Origin: Octopus vulgaris
Taxonomy: Eukaryota
Reading direction: 5' to 3'
Assembly: GCA_951406725.2 (NCBI GenBank)
Contig: OX597824.1
Location: forward strand, 1,860,001 to 1,924,000
Length of the DNA: 64,000 nt
Shown piece by piece: positions 60,219 to 64,000 of this stretch; within the stretch, counting starts at the first letter, position 1, and every line of letters begins with the position of its first letter. A program made the position numbers and the translations under genes. A model generated the notes under the pieces. That model saw nothing but the letters and a program-made list of their open reading frames with translations, was not told the origin of the DNA and searched no databases.

Positions 60219-60384
60219 ATTAAATAATTAAATTTAGAAAAATTAGAAGAAAAGTTTTTTTAAAGGAATATTTGTATAGTAGTGTTCAAATATAAGTGGC
60301 ATTCTGCCTTTCTCTGACTCCCTTGTTTGCACTTGTGTGTTTGAGGTCGTATATATATATACATACATATATATACATATATAT

Positions 60385-60441
<57 letters not shown>

Positions 60442-60549
60442 CCTGCTCGCTTAGCCAGCGGGGTGGCGTCATTCGAAGGCTAAAACAATGCGAACGCATT
60501 GTGACAAGCGATGTTTAACAACATCTGATGGTCTGGTCGGTCACGTGAT

Positions 60550-60595
<46 letters not shown>

Positions 60596-60748
60596 ATGAT
60601 TTTCTGGATAGTATTTTAGTATTTGCTGCTCCTGAATCTTAGAGTGACCTCCGGGAAATGGGCCTTGGTTAGTTGTCTGCAAAAGTTATTTCTGGGCCGA
60701 ATTATCTGAAGATATGAAATAGTGTCTTCAATGTATCGATATTCGGAC

Positions 60749-61805
60749 CCCATCCTATGAGATGACATCTGGTGTACCACAGAGATCTGTTCTTGCCCCT
60801 CTTTTATTTGTTGCATATGTTAATGACATAGATGCCAACTTAAAGAATGTCATAGTGCTGAAATATGCAGATGACATCAAGCTGTACCTCGAAATAAAGA
60901 GGTCAGATCCTGTACACTATAGATCTTTATTGCAATCAGACCTGGACACAATGCAGCAGTGGATCATGGACTGGCAACGCAAGCTGGCTGTGGACAAATG
61001 TACCACCATGCATTTTGGGAGGAAAACCCAGCGTCTACTTACTCCCTCCACAACACTAATCTCAAAAAGTCTTCTTGTGAACGTGACCCGGGCTTTATTG
61101 TCGACAGCGATTTGCGTTGGACAAAACACATTGCTAAAATTGCCAAGAAGGCTGAGGGTGTCTTGGCATCACTTACTAAGTCGTTTGTGAGCCGCTATGG
61201 TACGGCCTCACCTGGAATTTGCATCACCGGTCTGGAACCCCTATCCTGCCAACGGTTTTAATCGTCTGGAAACCGTTCAGTGACGTGCAACCAAGAGAAT
61301 ACCCTTCATCAGGCATTTGCCATATTCTGAACGCCTTACTTCCCTGGGCATGGATACATTGAAACTCCGACGTCTGGTAGCTGACTTGGCAGACACCCAT
61401 GAAATTATTAACCATCTTACCAACAATAAGTCTGAGTACCTTTTCAAACTCCACCTGTCTAACACCCGTGGACATGTTTACAAAGTCAGAAAACAGCACA
61501 GCTCCTTCCATAACTTTCGGAAACATTTTTTATGCTAAGATTTGGTGAAGCATGGAACAAACTGCCAGCATCAGTTGTTAGTTGTCGGAGCACTGCATCC
61601 TTCAAAACTTCCATGCTTCCTGAGATTCGCCAACACTACACCTGATTTTGTCCCTTCCATACACACGCAAACATGTATCTGACGCATGCACTGTTCACTT
61701 CCCAGACATCTGTACATTACTGCATATGCTTTATACGCACTTTTGACAAGTTGTGGTGCACCTGAACACTGTATACAATAAGTTCATTAGTATTATTATT
61801 ATTTT
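60749..61805 (+). mobile_element. 5'-truncated CR1-group LINE (RT pseudogene, 3' UTR, (ATT)n tail)
   Basis: TSGVPQRSVLAPLLF, KYADDIKL, LQSDLD..W, VRPHLEFA..VWNP, YSERL..LRRL..DL, TRGH.YK; frameshifts present. Confidence 0.93.
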
Positions 61806-63169
61806 AATTAATAATTCATTTCGCTATAGTAATCGAAGCACACGTGTTACGTAACCGTAAATAAAACACTGCGAAGATGTTTTAATAGGTTTTATTCTGT
61901 TTGTCCCCAGGTATTTTTATTCTGCAGATGGATCTGGGTGATTTCTCACCACCATATTCGTATATCAGTTCAACAGATAAAATATTTAGGACAGGATTTT
62001 ATTCACGGGAACACGAAATTTACAACTGCTTTTCAATATATTGGGACACATCCAAAATAATTATTGTTACGTTACTATCAATTGGTCGAACTTGCTTTCG
62101 CATCTGCTTAAAAGTACCACTGCAGTAGAAATGTAATGAGTCGCCATGTTTACTTAAAAGAATAGATTTTAATTTTGTTGCAGAACCTAAACATCTTTAA
62201 TTCACGATTGCTTACACAATCTTTCATTGCATTCATTTTTGTCCTTGTTGTTTAAACCAGGATCATTCGTGATTAAGAAGACCTATGATCAACGTCATTA
62301 CACCCGTGACAACCCTGCGTTTCTTTCAGTTATAATATTTCCAGGTTTACATTAACTACTTTGCTATTCTTTTTCAAGTCAAGAGAGCATAATCTTTCGT
62401 TTAATTGCCTGCTCTTCTATTAGGTCGTGCCAATCTGTTAATACTCATCTTATTAATATTGCATGGTACTGATAATGAAATCGATAATGAATTCGAATTA
62501 ATTCCGTATTTAGTCAAATGTGTATTTCATAAGTACTCATCATGCATATATCTTTATTCACTAAAAGGTGCATAATAATTCATTGGTATCATTAAATTTC
62601 ATACTATCTATATAATTTATCTCATTCTTTCACACACAGCTATTTACATATAAATTGAACATTCCACAGTTATGGATGTCAAAAGCCAGCGTCTATGAAT
62701 CGGAAATTAAATTTGAAATGTATTCATATTTTAAATCTAAAACGGATAAATAAACTTTTTATTCGTTGCTTTTTTTCTCTTAGTTGCAACGTATTTCATT
62801 TTATGTAAGATTCACTTTACAATTCGCAACCTTCAACATTTTGTACATTGAATAATCTGTCTCTGACTACATAAATTAATATATGCTAATTTATAATGAC
62901 AAATTTAGATCGATTTGGAAGAAATCGCGCTGTTATTTCTAGAAGACAGCAACTGAATAACATGGTTGGTCCGGTCACTTAGTAATTTCGTTTGTGTCGG
63001 AAAAGAAACAGCGATCGGAAATTGGTCGCTCCAGAATAAGCTATACCTCTCCCGTTTTATTTACTTTTTTAGAGCTCTGGAATAAAATTTCGGATTGCAA
63101 AGCTTCAATGCATCTTTAAAGAGAAAGCATTTAATTATACGCGTCTAGCTTCAATATTGAAAAAAAAAA

Positions 63170-63421
63170 TTATTTTCTACTCTAGGCACAAAGCATGAAA
63201 TCTTTAATATTTTAAAAATATTATTTTCTGCTCTATGCACAAAGCCCGAAATGTTTGGGGAAGAGATCAGTCGATTACATGGAACCCAGTACGCAACTGG
63301 TACTTAATTTATCGAACATGAAAGGTAATTTGAACTCAGAACGTAACGTCACGTAACGTCATACGAAATACGGCTACGCATTTCGCCCGACGTGCCAACG
63401 TTTCTATCAGCTCACCGCCTT
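63170..63421 (-). mobile_element. SINE family A with duplicated tail
   Basis: Reverse complement of head and core; tail tattttct.ctcta.gcacaaagc occurs twice. Confidence 0.85.
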
Positions 63422-63677
63422 ACTATTTTTAAAATAGTCAAGCAAAATATAATTAAGCTTTCACTTAATATTTATATCTTAAGTGACAAACATTAACTTG
63501 GTATATTTCTTATAAGATTTTTTATAAGTTCAACTGCTTTATTTGAGGAATATTTTGTATAATTCTTGGACTTACAGGACTGTAGATTATGAAATGACAG
63601 GACGTCATACAAAAGCACATTATACACACATACATACATATATATATATATACATATATATATATGTGTGTGTGTGT

Positions 63678-63711
<34 letters not shown>

Positions 63712-64000
63712 TGTGTGTGTGTTTAGAGAAATAATTTTTTTCATAAAGCCTACACACAATTTGCGAAATTCCTTCCTAACGGTTAGCACCGTTCTACTCT
63801 CTAACAGGTTTCATAATCTTATCAAGTAATTTCCTAAATACCCTAAATAGATGTAGACACACACACACACACACACATACACACACACAGAAATTTTACT
63901 CGTGATTTCAGACTCCCGTTCGTCGGACAGTTGTGATAACAGTTCCGTGATAATTTTGTAGCTACAATAAAAAAAGTACGCACGTGCGCACGCACACACA

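Noticed and set aside
60600-60748. Minus-strand YRYIED resembling an RT YxDD motif
   Set aside because: Single degenerate motif with no supporting neighbours.
61901-62128. Possible exon after ttttattctgcag
   Set aside because: No recognisable homology and no partner exons; cannot be supported without RNA data.

Overview
AT-rich eukaryotic non-coding DNA, dense in microsatellites [(TA)n, (CA)n, (TATG)n, (TCTA)n, (AAT)n] and transposon debris. The repeat landscape suggests an octopod cephalopod (inference only). I found no credible host gene; nearly all long ORFs in the track are microsatellite or low-complexity artefacts. Recognisable elements: at least four tRNA-derived SINE families, decayed Tc1, mariner and maT (DD37D) transposons, a probable Helentron-associated element, a Kolobok-like element, and CR1-, RTE-, R4/Dong-type LINE and Penelope RT remnants. 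The main signal is about 12 type I hammerhead-ribozyme (HHR) motifs in roughly 9 different short non-coding repeats. They have palindromic stem III and several core variants (U3-A8, A6U, U4C). Two of these insertions have clear target-site duplications (TSDs) and Penelope-like inverted architecture. One is a tRNA-headed (Pol III), HHR-carrying element inserted as a head-to-head palindrome. All folds were made by eye and no activity is demonstrated.
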